A stretch of 42,430 bases of DNA from Actinomycetota bacterium (GTDB taxonomy: Bacteria > Actinomycetota > Actinomycetes > Actinomycetales > Microbacteriaceae), in contig JBEEJV010000047.1 in NCBI GenBank assembly GCA_041169005.1, positions 1-42,430 on the forward strand, written 5' to 3'. The position numbers and the translations under genes were made by a program. Shown one piece after another: positions 40,018 to 42,430 of this stretch. Positions within the stretch are counted from its first letter, which is position 1, and every line of letters begins with the position of its first letter. The notes under the pieces were generated by a model. That model was not told where the DNA came from, searched no databases, and saw only the letters and a list, made by a program, of their open reading frames with translations.

Positions 40018-42430
40018 CTTGGCCTTGGCTGAGGCATTGATGGCAGCCTGGATAGCCTTGGCCAATGCCTTGTCCGCCTTGCCGTAGGCCGCCCAGTCTT
40101 CAGCCTGCAATGCGGCGGTCTTATCGGCAAGAGCCTGCTTGGCAGCTTGAAGTGCGTTGGCCAAGGCTGATGTCGAAGTAGACCCGTTCGATGAAGTTCC
40201 GCCGCTCGGGGTGCTTGGAGTTGCAACACCATTGCCATCACCCGCAGTGGCGCCACTTGACCCGCCAAATAGCGAATTGAGAGCACCGTCAAGTGTGTCT
40301 TCAAACGCAATCTGATCGCCAAATGCGACCAAAACCTTTTTGAGCAGCGGGAACGAAGTCTCGCCGGTTGATTTGATGTAGACCGGCTGGACATAGAGCA
40401 AACCCCCACCGATTGGAAGCGTGAGCAAGTTTCCGTTGAGCACCTCAGTCGAACCCTGGCGAAGCAGGTTCAGAAGCTTGCTCACATCGGAATCGGCATT
40501 GAAGTTGTTTTGCACCTGACCAGGGCCTGGCACAACGGTGTCGCGCGGCAACACTAGGAGTTGAAGCTTTCCGTAACTGGATGCCTTCACGCCATTCTCT
40601 GAACCCGCGTTTGAATCGGCTACGAGGTAGCCGGTGAGCACGTTACGAGTTGATTCACCTGTGGATTTAGGAATGAACGTCGTATAGATGCTGAAGTTTG
40701 GAGTCTTCTGCAGTGGGGTCTGCATCGTCAGGTAATAAGGTGGCTGAGCTTGCCCCGAAAGCGCAGTCTGAGACACTGCAGGGTCGTTTGGAATCATCCA
40801 TGCATCCTGCTGCGAGTAGAAAGCGCCGGCTTCTGTCACGTGATACGCGCCTAGCATGTTGCGCTGAATCTTGAACAGGTCTGCTGGATAGCGCACGTGG
40901 CTAAGGAGAGCTCCCGACATCTGAGAAAGCGGCTTAACCGTGCCTGGGTAGACCTTCTGCCAGGTCTTCAAAACAGGATCTTTATCGTCCCAGGCATAAA
41001 GTTTGACCGAACCGTCGTACGCATCGACTGTTGCCTTGACCGAGTTGCGGATGTAGTTGATGTTTCCGCTGAAGTGGCCCTTTACGTTTTCAGAGTCCGC
41101 AATCGCGTCCGCTGGGTTTTCCGCCCTCGAGTATGGGTATCGGCTGCTGGTGGTATAACCATCCACAATCCAAACAACGTGCCCATCCACGATTGCAGGA
41201 TACGGATCGGAATCGGTTGTTAGATAAGGGGCAACCGCCTTAACACGATCGATTGGGTTGCGATTGTAAAGAATCTGACTGCTGTCTGTAACGGCGTTGC
41301 TAAGCAAAATCTGTTCACTTCGGAACTTGAGCGCATAGGCCAGCCTGGTAGCCAGGTTGTCGAGTTTTGGGCCACCGTTTCCGCTGAAGGTGGTGTACGT
41401 CTGCTGTGTACCATCCTTGCCGCCCGGGTAGTCCATCTCAAGTGGCTGCGAGCCCTTTGGGCCACCAACGATTGAGTAGGCTGGCGAGTTCTCTCCGAAA
41501 TAGATTGCCGGATTGTACTTTCCTAGCAGCCCAGTTGAAGGAATGCCCGACTGCAAGAACACCGGCTGCCCATCGGTTGAGCGCTGGTTTCCATAAGCTG
41601 CTACAACGCCGTACCCGTGCGTGTACACGATGACATTGTTAATCCAAGACTGGCTACTGCCAAGACCAGACTGGTTTAGCTCGCGGACTGCCAAAACAGT
41701 GTCCTGCGACTTGCCATTTAGGTTGTAGCGGTCGACGTCTAGGTGACCCGTGAAGTTGTAGTACTGACGGTACTGTTCGAGCTGACGGAATGAAGACGCC
41801 ACCAGAGTTGGGTCGATGATACGAATCTGGGCTGCCGTTTGAGCGTCAGCCTTCAATGCGCCAGGTGTTGCAGTTGTCTTGGCGTTGTAATTTACCGTCT
41901 CAACTTTGTCTAAACCGTAGGCGTAGCGAGTGGCCTGAATGTTGCGCTTAATGAACTCGCTTTCGAGGGTTCTTTCATTTGGAACAACCTGGAAAGTCTG
42001 CACTGCCCATGGATAAACCCCGCCAACAAGCAATGAAGTTACGATCATCAGCCCCGTGGCCATTATCGGCAGGCGCCATTTTCCAACTACCGCGGTAAAG
42101 ATAAAGGTTGCTGCTACTAGAGCTGCGATGCCAGCCATGATCTGGAAACCAGGGATTCGAGCGTTGACGTCTGCGTAGGTTGCACCAGTGTAAAGCCCAC
42201 TCGCCGAGGTCATGGTCTGGTACTGGTCGAGCCAGATTGACGCAGCCTGCAGCAATACGAAAATGGCAGCCGAAATCGAGATTTGAAGACGCGCAGCCTT
42301 ATTGAAAGTGACGGCACGCTGATTGATTTTGATCGAACCGAATACGAGGTGAATGACGACGCTAAGCGCGAAACACAGGAATGCGACCGTGCTTAGGTAA
42401 CTGTCCAGGAGAGCTAGGAATGGCAACTGG
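40015..42430 (-). CDS. UPF0182 family membrane protein (5' end beyond the window)
   Basis: GATYADV, YTHGYG, IYFGE, VAP.L..D.DPYP, WIVDGYT, NYIRNSVKATVDAYDG, GNLLTLP, YVQPVY. Confidence 0.92.
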   Translation of the reverse strand, partial: QLPFLALLDSYLSTVAFLCFALSVVIHLVFGSIKINQRAVTFNKAARLQISISAAIFVLLQAASIWLDQYQTMTSASGLYTGATYADVNARIPGFQIMAGIAALVAATFIFTAVVGKWRLPIMATGLMIVTSLLVGGVYPWAVQTFQVVPNERTLESEFIKRNIQATRYAYGLDKVETVNYNAKTTATPGALKADAQTAAQIRIIDPTLVASSFRQLEQYRQYYNFTGHLDVDRYNLNGKSQDTVLAVRELNQSGLGSSQSWINNVIVYTHGYGVVAAYGNQRSTDGQPVFLQSGIPSTGLLGKYNPAIYFGENSPAYSIVGGPKGSQPLEMDYPGGKDGTQQTYTTFSGNGGPKLDNLATRLAYALKFRSEQILLSNAVTDSSQILYNRNPIDRVKAVAPYLTTDSDPYPAIVDGHVVWIVDGYTTSSRYPYSRAENPADAIADSENVKGHFSGNINYIRNSVKATVDAYDGSVKLYAWDDKDPVLKTWQKVYPGTVKPLSQMSGALLSHVRYPADLFKIQRNMLGAYHVTEAGAFYSQQDAWMIPNDPAVSQTALSGQAQPPYYLTMQTPLQKTPNFSIYTTFIPKSTGESTRNVLTGYLVADSNAGSENGVKASSYGKLQLLVLPRDTVVPGPGQVQNNFNADSDVSKLLNLLRQGSTEVLNGNLLTLPIGGGLLYVQPVYIKSTGETSFPLLKKVLVAFGDQIAFEDTLDGALNSLFGGSSGATAGDGNGVATPSTPSGGTSSNGSTSTSALANALQAAKQALADKTAALQAEDWAAYGKADKALAKAIQAAINASAKAK

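Overview
Core-genome segment of a streamlined, moderate-GC actinobacterium. Gene content, synteny and codon style suggest Microbacteriaceae, probably a Rhodoluna/Aquiluna-like freshwater lineage (inference). In order: (1) a polyamine uptake/catabolism cluster (gabT, potABCD-type ABC transporter, 4-aminobutanal dehydrogenase, Lrp/AsnC regulator, class III aminotransferase) interrupted by a stand-alone single-domain FtsK/EccC-like ATPase; (2) ogt-tag, yaaA and a PduO-type cobalamin adenosyltransferase; (3) the minus-strand run argS-lysA-hom-thrC-thrB-rho-prfA-prmC-tsaC-wecA-atpI-atpBEFHAGDC; (4) an orphan GH32/GH68-like glycosidase, tRNA-Arg(CCG) directly abutting dedA, then rdgB, rph, murI, DUF3039, htrA, a basic PKD-domain protein, tRNA-fMet and a 5'-truncated UPF0182 gene. 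No transposase, integrase, prophage or CRISPR array was seen. The most notable unexplained signals are: a dedA start codon 1 nt after the tRNA-Arg discriminator (tRNA 3' processing could release a leaderless mRNA); the mini-EccC whose 3' end overlaps a ~31-bp-phased Lrp-type operator array; MprA-like 11-bp-phased boxes before htrA; DnaA-box-like motifs before two atypical genes; and many TANNNT-N6-ATG leaderless promoters. All calls come from motif recognition by eye; no database searches were run.
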